This document shows, piece after piece, positions 1 through 12,490 of a stretch of 64,000 nucleotides of DNA (position 1 is its first letter; each line of letters starts with the position of its first letter). Location of the stretch: NCBI GenBank assembly GCA_017499595.2, contig CM039003.1, forward strand, positions 1,798,001-1,862,000, given 5' to 3'. The notes under the pieces were generated by a model. The model saw only the letters and a list, made by a program, of their open reading frames with translations. It was not told the DNA's origin and made no database searches. A program made the position numbers and the translations under genes. The stretch is from Psilocybe cubensis. Taxonomy: Eukaryota.

Positions 1-924
1 AGTTGGAGTTGGAGTTAAACCGTCTGTATCTTCATTGTAGTGAACCATCCTAGCCTTCCCTTTAGGATCAACAAGGGATGATTGCTGTACTTCACTTTGT
101 GGAATTATTTCTATGGTTCTTTGTGGGGTGCCACTGTTGGTAGTCTCCGCTCGTGTTTTCAGAAGTAAGCCAGTCCTAGATGAAGTAGACGATCCGGCTT
201 CAGTGGCTTCGTTGAGTACAGGAGACCCTGATTCTTTGGGTTGTACCCCATCCGACTCGGGTAGCGCCATGAAGCTGGAGCGAGGTGTGGAAAATGTTTC
301 CATCCCACTGGTCGTGCTTCTTGCAGCGGATGTGCTGTGTCCATCAGGATCAACATGACTATGAGAACGTTTGGAAGAGACCCTTTCGCTTCCAGTTTTC
401 AAGCTTTTATTTACGATGTGGTCCGCGTCATGCATGACGTTCATTCCAAGAAGGCTACCGACCTCAAAACTCTTTCCGAACCAACGGCTGTTTGCACCCT
501 GTGGATCATGCTTTCGTCGATGGTGACGGCGACTCCAAATCTGGCCCCAGTCACTTTCTTTCCATAGCTTGGACATATGTTCAATCAGATTTTGCTCTTC
601 TTCGTCGTCCCATTCATCAGGGTTTCCGCCATGGTGAACAAAGAATCTGAATGCGTTCTCTTTCAGGATCTGCGTGACTTCCTCGGTCTTGTCGGCTTTG
701 GTATGTTCGTTCTGGTTATCGAAAGAAAATGACAATACACTCCCTACGGTGAGTTTTGCTTTCTTGCCTTGTCCTTCAGTGTGGGCGATGACCTTCTCAG
801 GCATTGGTCCAATGAAGATTCGACGATGAAAATCATTAGGAGTCGAGCCAACTGGTCCGACTCCGACAGAAGGTCCAGGTAGAGACGAGATGGACTGCTC
901 CCCTTGGGCTGAGGTAGAAGCCAT
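1..924 (-). CDS. 5' part of a Spo71/Mug56-like (PH-domain, prospore membrane) protein; runs off the left edge
   Basis: Open frame read manually from ATG at 924 to the window edge: MASTSAQGEQ...FHRRIFIGPMPEKV...ILKENAFRFFVHHGG...WKESDWG...RWFGKSFEVG...KGKARMVHY. The RRIFIGP and W.G.SFE.G motifs recall Spo71 N-termini; the PH domains would lie outside the window. Confidence 0.55.
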   Translation of the reverse strand, partial: MASTSAQGEQSISSLPGPSVGVGPVGSTPNDFHRRIFIGPMPEKVIAHTEGQGKKAKLTVGSVLSFSFDNQNEHTKADKTEEVTQILKENAFRFFVHHGGNPDEWDDEEEQNLIEHMSKLWKESDWGQIWSRRHHRRKHDPQGANSRWFGKSFEVGSLLGMNVMHDADHIVNKSLKTGSERVSSKRSHSHVDPDGHSTSAARSTTSGMETFSTPRSSFMALPESDGVQPKESGSPVLNEATEAGSSTSSRTGLLLKTRAETTNSGTPQRTIEIIPQSEVQQSSLVDPKGKARMVHYNEDTDGLTPTPT

Positions 925-1300
925 TTGACATTGATTATTGAGGCGTTGTGGCGAGTAAACGTGGCTTCAGAGGACAAGTGGATCAAGCACAGTACTGTTA
1001 TGATCCATTGCTTGGTTCTAAGATGTCATAAGTTGTCCATAAATAGATCTCACGAACGGCTATCTCGGTTACACAATGTTGTCCTTATTTTGTCCGCATG
1101 TTGACGCCCATTGCAAGTCTATTCCGATATGAGGCTGTTCTACAATATAAATGGAGCATACGATAGGTTAAATCATTGTACAGATAATCAAAGAGAGTTG
1201 GGGGATAAGAACCAAAATGAAAAATGTGACAAGTCCGAATATGAATATGAATATTGTACAAAGAAAAAACGAAGAGGAAAAAATGCAGGTAAGTTAGCAA

Positions 1301-3057
1301 TTATTGTGAAGATAACTCTTTTGCGCGTTGTTGACACATCAGTTCATGCGACTTTTGCACATATTCCTCAGATTCCGAGCGCTCGAATCTAAACGCAAAA
1401 ATCATTAAAAGAAAGTTAAGGCCAGATCAAAATTACTTGCTCTATTTTTGCGCCTTTGACATGCATATCAGGTTCCCGAAGAGCAAATGGGTTAACATCG
1501 GTGGCGGGGTTCAAGTTCGCAAGACTGTGGTTTACAAAGCGATGCGTTGTTTCATCAGACCTGACAGCATAAAGCACGTCCAAGAGCTTCGCATCGGGAT
1601 GGAGTCGCCAGTAGTCGATGGAGATTTCAGGAGCCGGCAGATTGGTCCTGAATGTGATTATCAGACGTATAAACACAGGTATCCATGAAAAAATCACATA
1701 CCACTCGGGTATCTTTCCAGCTTCGAGGTCGGCAATACACCGTGTGCTATATTAAAAGGTCAACATCCCTTGGCGTTGATAAATAACATCATAACTGAAA
1801 CCTACTATGTAACAACGGCTTCCTCTTCTAGATAACCGACGAATCGATGGCATATTTTTGGTGAAATCAAATAGGACAAAACTGAAAAAGATAACAATGA
1901 GCATGACGTCTGAAACTTTGTAACGTTAAGGACGCACAGAAAAGATTGTAAAAGACCCCTTGGGCACCCAAGATCATCAATCTAAAGAAGATTGAAGGCT
2001 GTCGTAGGGTCATGAACGTCCTGCAAAAATATTCATGTCAACCGGCGACATATATATTGATTGCAAGTGGGTACACCTACATCAAATGCATTCTCTCGTT
2101 TTCAGCCTCCTCCAAACAAGTGTGAATCCTGGATGAAAAGTTAGATGAAATATAAATAAAACACATTAAGTTTAGCTGACCATCCACTATCCCGGCGCTA
2201 AGATAACCATTGAATAATGTTCAATCAGATAATTTTTTGAAACTTACCATCAAACGAAGACTTGTCAGATGACGAAGAGTAGCGGCCACCATTCCCGGTA
2301 CACCTGCAATGCTTTCCAAGAATAGGATACGCTATAAATTTTGTTGGTCAGGTGGAGGAGCTATTGATGAAACCCTGACTGCCTCACCTCCAGCCATTGT
2401 TTCTCAGAAAGCATATAACCAGCTTTTCGAAGTTCTTCAAGTGTCATACCCGGGGCAGGGGGATTTGTGTTGTGTTTGTACCCCGAAACGAAGTCGAATA
2501 TCCTTCGCGAAAGCTTCACAAGACCAGCAGCGAACTTGTCCCCTAAGGTTTTAGGGTTCCGGTGGAGAACCTGACGGACAGTTGCGGTGCGTTTGTATAA
2601 TGGAAGATGCCATTGAAAATGAACCAACATACCTCAACAGCTTTCAATTCTTCGGGGGAATAAACAGGATGGAATAGTACCCAATCACCACGAACCATGA
2701 CGGGCACAGTGCTGACTGCATCATGTTGGGTCAACCGAGAACCAGTACCTTCTTTCAGCGGGACTTCACGAACTTCATCTGCAAAGCACCAACCCGGTAT
2801 GAATGAGAAAATCCCTTAATGAGTTTAATTTTATGCGTACGTTTCAAGTTGTGTCCCTCAGTAGACTCATTGTGGCTCTGTTTTGTAGTCAAGATCGACT
2901 CGTTGGGCCGCATAGATGAGGTCGAGAGCTGCCTAGAAACATGGGTGTGGCTCCCCAGAGTAAGAGCCAGCACGCTTCTACTTCGTAGTGGTGAAGAAGA
3001 GAGTCCGAGCCTAAGCGCGGGTGATGCGGTAGACTTGATCAAGGTCGTCCTGATCAT
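1301..3057 (-). CDS. AOX: Mitochondrial alternative oxidase (multi-exon)
   Basis: Mitochondrial presequence [18 protein letters not shown]. Di-iron motifs [48 protein letters not shown] and [13 protein letters not shown]. Last exon [10 protein letters not shown]...SSQ* follows a GC-AG intron (1389-1440). Confidence 0.95.
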
Positions 3058-3150
3058 ACTAATAGTGGTCGGCGTAGACTGCAAGCAACAAATTGCGAAC
3101 GAATATCAACTGCAAGTTATTCGACCCCAGCGTAACAAAGGTAGCCCGTT

Positions 3151-3236
3151 TTTATATGCAGGGAGCAGCCTCTGGACCCGGTGTAATTTGGGCCCTTGTC
3201 TCAGTAAAACTGGCCTCCACGTTCCGAAATAACCCG
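3151..3236 (-). promoter_or_regulatory. AOX promoter: TATA-like box (3151-3156) and CGG-N7-CGG (AIM-like) motif (3224-3236)
   Basis: The minus strand reads TATAAAA about 95 bp upstream of the ATG. Plus-strand CCG-AAATAAC-CCG equals CGG-N7-CGG on the AOX sense strand, the spacing bound by AOD2/AOD5 (AcuM/AcuK) Zn-cluster factors in ascomycetes. Confidence 0.55.
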
Positions 3237-6200
3237 CAGACGAGTCATACCCCGACACTGGCGCGTGACCTATGAGTAATCACTCCGCGATCCTTTGCTC
3301 TTGAAGCAAGAAAGAAAGAAAAAGAGTCTCGATATCACAGGTCATGTACAAGCGCTCAGATACGGACGAGCGTCGAGAACTGTGGTTAAGCCCATCAAGA
3401 AACACATGGGAAAAGTTGGCAAGGTGCCCCGACGCCATTTTGCATCCGCTTCGGCTTGGTCCCTGTGCGAATCCCACATCCGCATATGGCATCCCACAGG
3501 CAACTTTTGGAGGTCCGCGATATTCGTACCGGCGGCTGTCCCCGTTCTTGATTGCAATTAATCTAACTCCAAGACTTGTGCACAATGGTAGAGCACTATA
3601 TGACAAACATCCTTCGTCTCAGAGGCTTATTCCCTGAACGATGTACCTGAATAACGCATTTTTTCAAGCAGCAAATTGGATTGCGGGAGTATTTGCGACG
3701 TGATGCGTTCTAGTTCACAGCGTTTCTAAAATACAAGTTGCTCAACTCCCACCGAAAGAAACTTACCTGAGATATGAATATTTGTTTTGATTCCTAACCA
3801 TCGCTACCAAGAAATACGTAAACGACGTAGTGTTCCCTATAGATAGATTGCACTTTGGGGGTGAAATGCTATTTTAGTATGACTTTAGCAATGATCACTA
3901 GAGAGGTAAGTCGGTATTTCCTGAAGCCAGGCGTGCAGGCGCGGTATGATAAAGGTAATGCCCGCGAGTGAGCGTAAAGTACACGAGGAGTCCCTATTTT
4001 CTTACTTGCTTCAAACACACGCCTGGGAAGGCACTGTGTATACGTTATGTTGCTCAATCTTCGGGGGCCGGTTGCAGAGATCCATCCACGATCGACAACT
4101 GATCAGATCCACGCATGTATAATTTCCTCTAATGCACTGTCCATGAATAATCCGTTCAGGCGAGGGCAAAGTTGGAAAGTCAAGCGATCCATTGTTAGAT
4201 GCCAGTGCTTTTAGTGACACAACTTGAAGTATCGCATCGACAATCCATGGCACAGAGTCCCTAAACAAAACATCATTATCTCACTGGTAAGGAGGGTTAC
4301 ACAGGTTTTGTGCGGTAGATAGGTCATCAATGATGCATTGCGTCAATATAGCCGATAAGAAAATACAAGGCTCTTCAAAAGAGGTGCTGAACCGGATACA
4401 TAGATTGAAGTACATGAATTGTCGACATCTGTCGCTCCGATGTCTCCAAAACAATAATTTCCCTGACACCCCACCTTGCAGTTCTATCTCCCATCAAACC
4501 TAGATGGCTCCGTTATTCTAAGCTTAGTCTAAAGAAATCGATCTCTCAGAAACCACCACAGAGTAGATAGTGTGTTTATTACAGCAACCCTCCACCATTT
4601 GAGATTTCATCTCCAAGCTTCACTTTGGAAAGAGCAATCCGAAACCATTCGAAGCATCATTCCGTGAGAGTAGTCCGAATCTCAAGGCCGCACGTGGGGG
4701 TAAATTCAATGAACCTGACCTTATCCGAAAACACAGAGGACACTGCGCAGGAGAAACGAGGCGTCGAGTTCCGTCGCGCCATGCACGTGGTGGGTCCAGG
4801 AGGCAAGAGCTTACGCCCTTTCATGCTTCTGTTAGCGCTTGTCAAAGTTACAATTCATTCGTTATTGACCGGGAGATACAGTTATTGAATTCTGGGCCCC
4901 AGGATGCAAGTGAGCTACCCACAACCACCGGCAATAGAGAGAATATTGTAATCGATGCGGGAGCTGAATATAGAATAGATGACCAAGGATAAGAGATTTT
5001 GCTGAATTCTTGAGACCGGTGTCAAAAGAGAAACGAATGTTCGAAGACCGATACACCGATAGACCTGTGGTGGACAGCCAGGTGGTCCCGTCCTGACGTC
5101 GCCCACAAAGAATTCATGCCCGCGAAGGCTAGAGCGATCGAGTGGTGGTGGTGGTAATTTATTTTGCGTTCCAGGGGAGAAAGATCGCAGCACGAGGCCG
5201 GTCATGATACGAGTGCGTTGAGATTGTTGGATAGGCTATGTGTTCCCATTGGCGTTCAAAATATTTTTTCGAGGACGTAACAAGTAGCAGTAGCAACATG
5301 TCCCGCCCTTCCCAAGCAATCTTTTATGTCGAGTGAGATAGATCAGGATTTAGAGTTTGTAACAAAACAGATAAAGAAACACACGGGGCAGGAAACTTCT
5401 TTCCGATCATAACCTTCGAGAGTGCCACCATTTACGAAGCTAAGTCAATAGATAGTAGCCGTACCCCTGGTTCACTATCCTGGTTTCGAATGGGAGACCT
5501 GCTCGTTAGGCTTTGGTCAAACAACGCATTCCTGAGACGAGGAAATGGTGCACAATCGAATGAGAAGCTTGACGAGAGAGGAAACATGTGAGTAAACTAG
5601 AAATAGAAACGGAACCGAGGCTGGGGAGCAATGTCTGAAGAAGACAAATGCCAGCGGGCATATCATCGGAATGGGACAATTATACCTCGTAAACGAGGGT
5701 GGACACTTATCGATCAATGAGACGGAAGCGAAGCAAAAAAGTGGTTTAAAAGCTACGAGACAAATAACGATACGTAGACTCCCAGAGCTTGGAATTTGGG
5801 TTGCGAATGGAGATAGCAAAGCACAAATGAGATTCGGAAAGGGCCCCGTGACGATGAGGCGGAGGACGAGAAGCCGTTGGACAGGATGATAGGCGTGGCC
5901 ATCCAAGGATAGCAGCATAGTAGGTTCATCTCCGAGGGTAATAGCATAAAACGACAGCCAGCGCACGCAAGAGAGACTTGAGATCTGGGCGAACCAAAAA
6001 GAGGGGAGAAATGGATAGCCGCATCGACGTAAGTATATGAGAAAGTTGGCAAGATCAGGTACGAAGAACGGGTAATAGAACTTGGTTCGAAGAACAAAGT
6101 AGTTTGCTATATTTTTGATGATCCCTGAGATTGCAAATGGGAGCCAATGGAGACGGAGAAGGGGAGCAAGAGAGCGAGAGCCAGACGAGAGCCGCGTGTG

Positions 6201-6621
6201 GGGCCTTATTGGGAGAAAATTGAGACGGCCTGAATGGCAATGGAACCAAAGAAGGCTATGAGGCAAGGAACCTGATAGACAACAAGAGGGATTGCAGAGA
6301 TGTTTGGGAAACGGACTCTGGGAAAGACTGAAGCGCCGGATTAAGGAGAACCAAAAGAAGAACAATTGCTGGTGAATTGCACAGAAAACGAAGTGATTAC
6401 GGTTGTGTGAGAGGCGTAGGTCAATGGTTGCAAGGAGTCAGACAGGAACAGCGGTTGCCACCAACAAAATAAAACAAAAAAGCGCGACGGAGAGAACTAC
6501 AAGAACCAGACGAGGAGACTGTCCAAAAAGGGAAAGAGTGAGATTGCGGATACGCAAAATATAGAAAAACGACAAACTTTATATAAACGCCCGCGATTCG
6601 ACAGCAATCCATCCATTCCCG

Positions 6622-7034
6622 ATGCAGACCCCATACGACTGGTACGCTCCTCCACACACATATCCCTCCACTGCCAATGATTTTGGAGGCCGCACATATC
6701 CCTCTCCGGCCCCCAGCATCGACCCCTCGCCAGGCCCGCTGCCTCATCTCACCCTCCAGGAGCCATTTGCGCACCACAACAGGATGAGTGTCGCGTATGC
6801 GCGGAGACAATTGGAGGTACTTAGCAGTCTATGTTTTTTCATTTTTGTCACTCGCTGATCAATTGCCGTCTTAGGTCGACCAGGCTGCGGCCCGCTTTCC
6901 CGAACAAAGGGACATGCAGCTTCCCTATCACACTCACTCTCCCTCCACTTCCATGGCGTCCCCGTACTCTCCCTACCCCTCCCGCAACATAGACCCCTTG
7001 CTCGATGAGGCCCGTATCCCGTCTCCTGCCCTCA

Positions 7035-7071
<37 letters not shown>

Positions 7072-8176
7072 CTCTGTTTCCGGATCAGCTCGATCCCCTT
7101 TGTCTGCAGGGGCTTCCGAGGACGCGTCTTATCCTCGTGCTCAATCGACTGCGATGCCCACTCGGCGCATTCAAAAGCACACAAAGCATCGCCTACTGGC
7201 TGCAGACCGAAAGGCTATCTGTTTGTACCATCTCAACGCAAAGCATGCCCGTCAGGAGGACATCGCCAATCGTTTTGGCTGCGAGCGCAGCACTGTCAGC
7301 AAAATTCTCAAACACAAGGATAAATGGCTCAATATCTCAACAGCTATGGAGGCAAGCAACAGTGCCAAATCAAGGTACATACCCTGCTCTCTGCGTTGTT
7401 TTCTCTATGCTAATTTGTTTTCACAAAGGGGGAGCAAGTTTCCCATCATAGAGTTAAAATTATCCGAGCATTATCTGTACAAGTGGTACAACAACAACAC
7501 CGTCATTACAGACCAGCTTCTCCGCACTACTGCTCTTCAGATAGTCAAAGACGAAAATCTCGGGTTGACCAATTTCAAAGCTAGCTCGGGCTGGCTTGAA
7601 AACTTCAAACATCGCTACAAAATTCGACGCGGAGAATGGCTCGAAGGACCCATTAAGAACAAACTCAAGTACGGCACTGAGGCTCCTACCCAACAGCCAT
7701 ACCCAACCCCGGACAATCCTCACGCACCAGTGCCTCTTAGCGATCAGGTAGAAGTTTACAATTCTTTGCGCCCGTCCCAGAGCAGCAACGCTATTGACAC
7801 GGAACCACCCATTGACCCCCCCTCTCCGGGTCCTTCACTGGCAGAACTGATGAAGAGAAACACGACAGGGGAGAACGGCGAAGAATTGCTGTCTGTTTCT
7901 GACATCATTGTGCAAAATGCACCCCCGGACTATGGCAAACGGCTCTACCCACTTTTCTTGCCCGCAGAGGATGCTCGCGAGCGTTGGGAGCAATTGAGGG
8001 CTGAGCCACGTCAGCCCACCATCAGCCTTCAGCACATAATGGATTCGGCAGACAAACTGGCGTCTTTCTTCGACAACGAAGGCCGCGGAATCATAAAGCC
8101 TGCCGAAAAGCGCGTGCTTGAGCACATCAGGAGTGCACTTATGCATCTGAGCATGGGGCATGACTGGGAACGATGA
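6622..8176 (+). CDS. CENP-B / Tc5(Pogo)-type HTH DNA-binding protein lacking a DDE domain
   Basis: HTH1 RLLAADRKAICLYH...RQEDIANRFGCERSTVSKILKHKDKW; HTH2 KFPIIELKL...ITDQLLRTTALQI...FKASSGWLENFKHRYKI. Introns near 6817-6874 and 7374-7428; no catalytic DDE region before the stop. Confidence 0.8.
7037..7072 (+). repeat. (TCTGGT)5 TCTGGC coding microsatellite (Ser-Gly repeat)
   Basis: Directly visible hexamer repeat encoding SGSGSGSGSGSG. Confidence 0.9.
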
Positions 8177-10341
8177 TTTGTGTACTTTTTGGCCGTGCTC
8201 ATAGGTTTCCTTGAACGGATTGAAATGCTGCTATCATATGCCCTTCTTTTACGAATTTTCACGGATTCTCTTTACGCTCAAAACCAAATCATCATGTCCA
8301 TTCCGCATCCGAACAGACTTTTTTTCGCTGTACTTTTAATTGCATGCCACCCATGCCCCTTCAATTTTTCCACCCATGTATTCTCTACGTTCCTTCGCCT
8401 TTCGTTCTTCGACAAAATGCAACCTACGACCGAAGAGTGTTTCGTCGCCTTAGTGTACGCCGACAGTATGAACTTCCATGACCTCTTGTACTTGTAGCCC
8501 TTCCACAATAATTTATTATACATTTGCATTATCATCATCGCCGTTCCATCGTATGGAAATGACTGGCCCCGGTCCCTGGTAATTCAACCTCCTGCGGCGT
8601 GCACACCAAAAAGAACTAGCGGGTACGCCTCTACTTTACTCCGTCCCTGTCCGTACAATTCGCTCACCCAATCCTAGATTCCCAGTGGCTTCTCTGCATC
8701 TCGCCATACTTGCCTCTACTCCAGCCTCATGGTCATGTCAAGCGTCCATTTGAAAATCACTCACACATTCACAAGTTTCATAGTACAGTGGAGCGTCTTG
8801 TCTTGTTCCGAGCTTCCATTGTCCTACCCCCGAGCCCAGCCTAACTCATCGCTACACACTCAATACGTTCTTTCATGTTATTGTTCTTCGAGGCCCAGAG
8901 AGCTCAGCCACTCGTTCCTGAACTTTGTTCGATGATAAATCAATCGAGTCTTTCATTAACACAACACCACTTGATCATAATGAATAACGTATAATGTACA
9001 CAAGAGTAATTCCGATCTCGTATACTTTCAATGTAAACCGCAACGTACAACTCGCCCTTGTGACTAAATTCTGTAAAGTTTGGGTTCAGCAAAAAAGGCG
9101 GATGGTCAATATAATCTCGTCGCAGTTTCCGCCTAATTTTCTTTCCAAGTTTCATTAAACACAAATGGCGCAAGCGACGTCTAAGCCATGGCATATTGCG
9201 AAAGAAGGACACTTTGTAGTCATCATATGAACGTTGATGAACCATGACCGCACCGTTGCATCATGTCATCAAACGATTAGCGCCGGATAGGAAAAAAGGC
9301 TGAGTCGCATTGACACAAGTATTTTGTGGCTTTTTCTGTGGGAAGAAATTCTAAAGCATACGGATTTCGCAATGGAGAGAGAATAATTTGAATTTTCGAT
9401 CCATTGCCATTTCTTCAAGTATTCGTGCATTGAAGAGTACTGTGAACCATGTCCAGCCTGGAGGAAAGTTCAAAGGAGTAAGAGCAGGAAGGGGATAACG
9501 AAGTCAAAATAAAGACACAAAATGTAGGCGCGGGCCGGGTTTGGTCTCTGAGATGCGATAAGCAAGCAAAATCAATCCAAAAAGCAGCAACCCGCGAAGG
9601 GACGGAAAAGGCTTGGAAAACCACATATAATGTGAGAACAAAGAGATCACTGAGCAATTGACGAGATCACAATAGAGAAATAACAGACGATTAAACCCCT
9701 TTAAGAACCGAGGATGGATTCCGAAGGAGAACACCGAGCACAGCAAGGCTTATCTGCCCCTGGCTTGGATTTACACTTGACACAGCCTGGCAGTCATGAA
9801 ATCTTATAGGGTTCATTGTTATCCAGAATATACATTCCTTTAAATCGAAATTGAGTTTACATTGTTCGTTATTGACCAACCATGGATATGTGTACGTGTA
9901 TGGCCTTGCAAGCAAGCACATATATTACCCACGATCAACGGGGGCAGCTGAAGCTGGACGAATCTTGAAGCAAGGTGCATCCCTAAAGCTAAAAGTAAGA
10001 AAATCCAACCTAAAAAGGGCGTTGTGGGGTGTCGCCATGGTATAGCATCTATCTATATGCCAGAAAAAATGATATGTTCAGTCAGAAAAAAAGAGTAAAA
10101 AGAGACGATGCACGTTATATGCGCGTCGAAACGTAAAAATTGGTGTGGCATGAACAAAACGATAGAAAGCCAGTGTGTGATATAAATGTGGGAATGTAAA
10201 TGTTAAGGGGTATATGGGTTGTTGTTACCGAAGTCGGACCACAAGATGTAGCAATAAGGAAAGATGGAGGATAGAGACAGGGAATAGGAAGTCGGGCAGT
10301 AACAGTGTGGGACGATGTGCAAAAGAGCAGGTTATCGTCAC

Positions 10342-12490
10342 TTAGAAGCCACCATATGCATCATCAGCATCGTAGACTGACTGCATGCTTGCTTGCTTCT
10401 TGTGTTTAGGTGCAGCAGGCTGAGCAGAAGGTGGGGTAGCAGTGGAGGGACTGGCAGCCGCGGGAGGAATAGCAGGGTGCTTGGGGTCAGTAAACTCAGT
10501 CGCGTTGGGAGCGGGGCTTGGGAATCCAAAGCTACTCGCAAGGGGACTGGGCGTCGTGGGGAACTGAGAGCGCGTGCCAGTTGTCAACCCTCCTTGTGCC
10601 AGACCTTGCGAATGAAGAGCCGCGCCATCCACGCCAACTGACGAAACTGATACGCGCGACTCGACGTGGATTTCGGGGAGTGTCGGTGGCATCGAGTCAA
10701 TACGGTAGCGCGAGGCAGATCCTGGGGTGTGTACTGGTGAAGGAGGGGCGGGGAAGTCGCGAGCTTGAGGTTCCGCGCGGGCATCAATATCTGCATCACC
10801 AGAGTAGCGTCTGTCTATGGCATACTGAGCACCTCCGGGAGTGTGAGGAGTCCCGGGGTCTGCGAAGGGACCAGGGCTGTTGTTTCCGCTTCCTGCAACA
10901 GGGGGAGGCGGCATAGGCAGCTCGCGTTCAACGTCAGCGGTGGCCAGGCCGGCGGGTACGTCCGCGTTCAGCCTGCGCGATATTTCGACATACTGCGCAG
11001 CCTGGTAGGGGGAGACACTAGAGCGGTTCAGATCGACGTAATCATTAGCCGGTGCACTCTCACGCTTGAGCTGGAGAGGAGAAGGACGATGAGGATCGTT
11101 AGAGGCAATTTCACCAGTATTTGGATTTGGATACTGGGGAGCCGAAGCGCTAGGTTGACGGGTAAGTACAGGCTGGGGAATGCTCACGGGAGCAGGGAAA
11201 GATGGGTCAGATTGATGTTGCGAATACTCGTAGTTCTGGTGTCCATTGGAATGATAGTTGTAGTTGCTCTGGTCCCTGTACTCATCTGGCACGGAGATGG
11301 CAGGCGAGAAGGGGTTTTGTGTATATGCAGGGGTAGCATACATGGGATTCGCTGGTGCGGGGGGGATACCACCGTCTACGTTCATAATTTGACCAGGTTG
11401 GAAGGACTGGTACGTGGCAGCAGAACCATACCCTGCTCCATTGCCTGCAGCATATCCGCCAGCGCCATACTGGTCGTAATGTTCATCTCCACCATATACA
11501 GCAGGGCCGGGGTGTCCATACTGAGTACCAAAGGTTGGTGCGGGAGATGCATAGCGCTCGACCATGGGAGGGGGGTTGTTATATCCACGTGCAACCGTGT
11601 CTTCATGAGTAGGAGGGTCATCGAGAAGGACTGCAGAACGCCTAAAGTTCTGGGTATCGAAAGCACCTTCCGAGTCGCGTTTACGTGAACGACGCTAGAT
11701 TGGGGGTTTTCAATAATGATCAAGTAGGCAAGGTGAAGGGTGAAAGAAATATATGTCAATATTTCCTGTGATGAATGGAAAATAAAAAAACAAACGCACG
11801 ATGAAATAAGCAACGGCGAAACCAATAACAGCAATAGCAACAACACCCGCTCCAATTCCACCGACAACTGCTCCAGTGCTCATTCCGCTGGAAGTGTCCG
11901 CGTTATCAGCAGAATTGCTGGCAGAAGGGGCTGACAAAGTTGCAGAAGAAGAGCGTGGAATAGAGACGGTGACAACGGCAGTCGACACAGGGGCAGTTGT
12001 TAACGACAGTCTGGTCTGGTTTACAATAAGATAAATGAGCCTCAAATAAACAGATAATAGTGTTAGATGATCGACTAACAGCGGTGGGTGTTGTCGACGT
12101 GGAAGAGATGGTGCTAGACGAACTGAGAGTTGTTGACGAAGAACTGGAAGTGGCCGAAGACGACGAAGAGGATGAAGTAGATGATGCGCTGCTTGAAGAT
12201 GAGGACGAAGTAGCAGACGGAGTAAGAGGCAGATCATCGGAAATCGAATTCTGAGGGCCGGGCCTCGGAGGGACTAGCGACGAGTTGTTCACATTAAAAT
12301 CCTTGACCAGCTACGAAGCATAGGTTGACTCACAAATGTCTGGCAGTCCTCCAAAGATCCCAGTGGGTCCAGCGTTGGCCGGATCGGTGAACTGGGCAGT
12401 GGGCTGAAATCCGAGTTGAGGGTTGGGTGCCCTGCGTTGGGCAGCAGCGGCAGCGGCACGATGGTAACGAACATTGCTGTGGGAGGCCAT
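10342..12490 (-). CDS. Ser/Thr-rich single-pass membrane protein (Mid2/Wsc-like sensor architecture) with a long Pro-rich cytoplasmic tail
   Basis: Exons: MASHSNVRYH..., a poly-Ser/Thr tract, TM segment VVGGIGAGVVAIAVIGFAVAYFI, intron, then RRSRKRDSEGAFDTQNFRRSAVLLDDP... ending SVYDADDAYGGF*. Confidence 0.7.

Noticed and set aside
5461-5500. GGTTTCGAAT T-loop-like sequence
   Set aside because: No cloverleaf or acceptor stem could be formed. No tRNA, rRNA or CRISPR array was recognised anywhere in the window.
5517-6365. 282-aa minus-strand ORF upstream of the CENP-B-like gene
   Set aside because: Leu/Phe/Ser-rich product of a purine-skewed intergenic tract; non-ATG start and no domain.
10765-11688. 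307-aa plus-strand ORF
   Set aside because: Antisense shadow of the GC-rich last exon of the membrane-protein gene.
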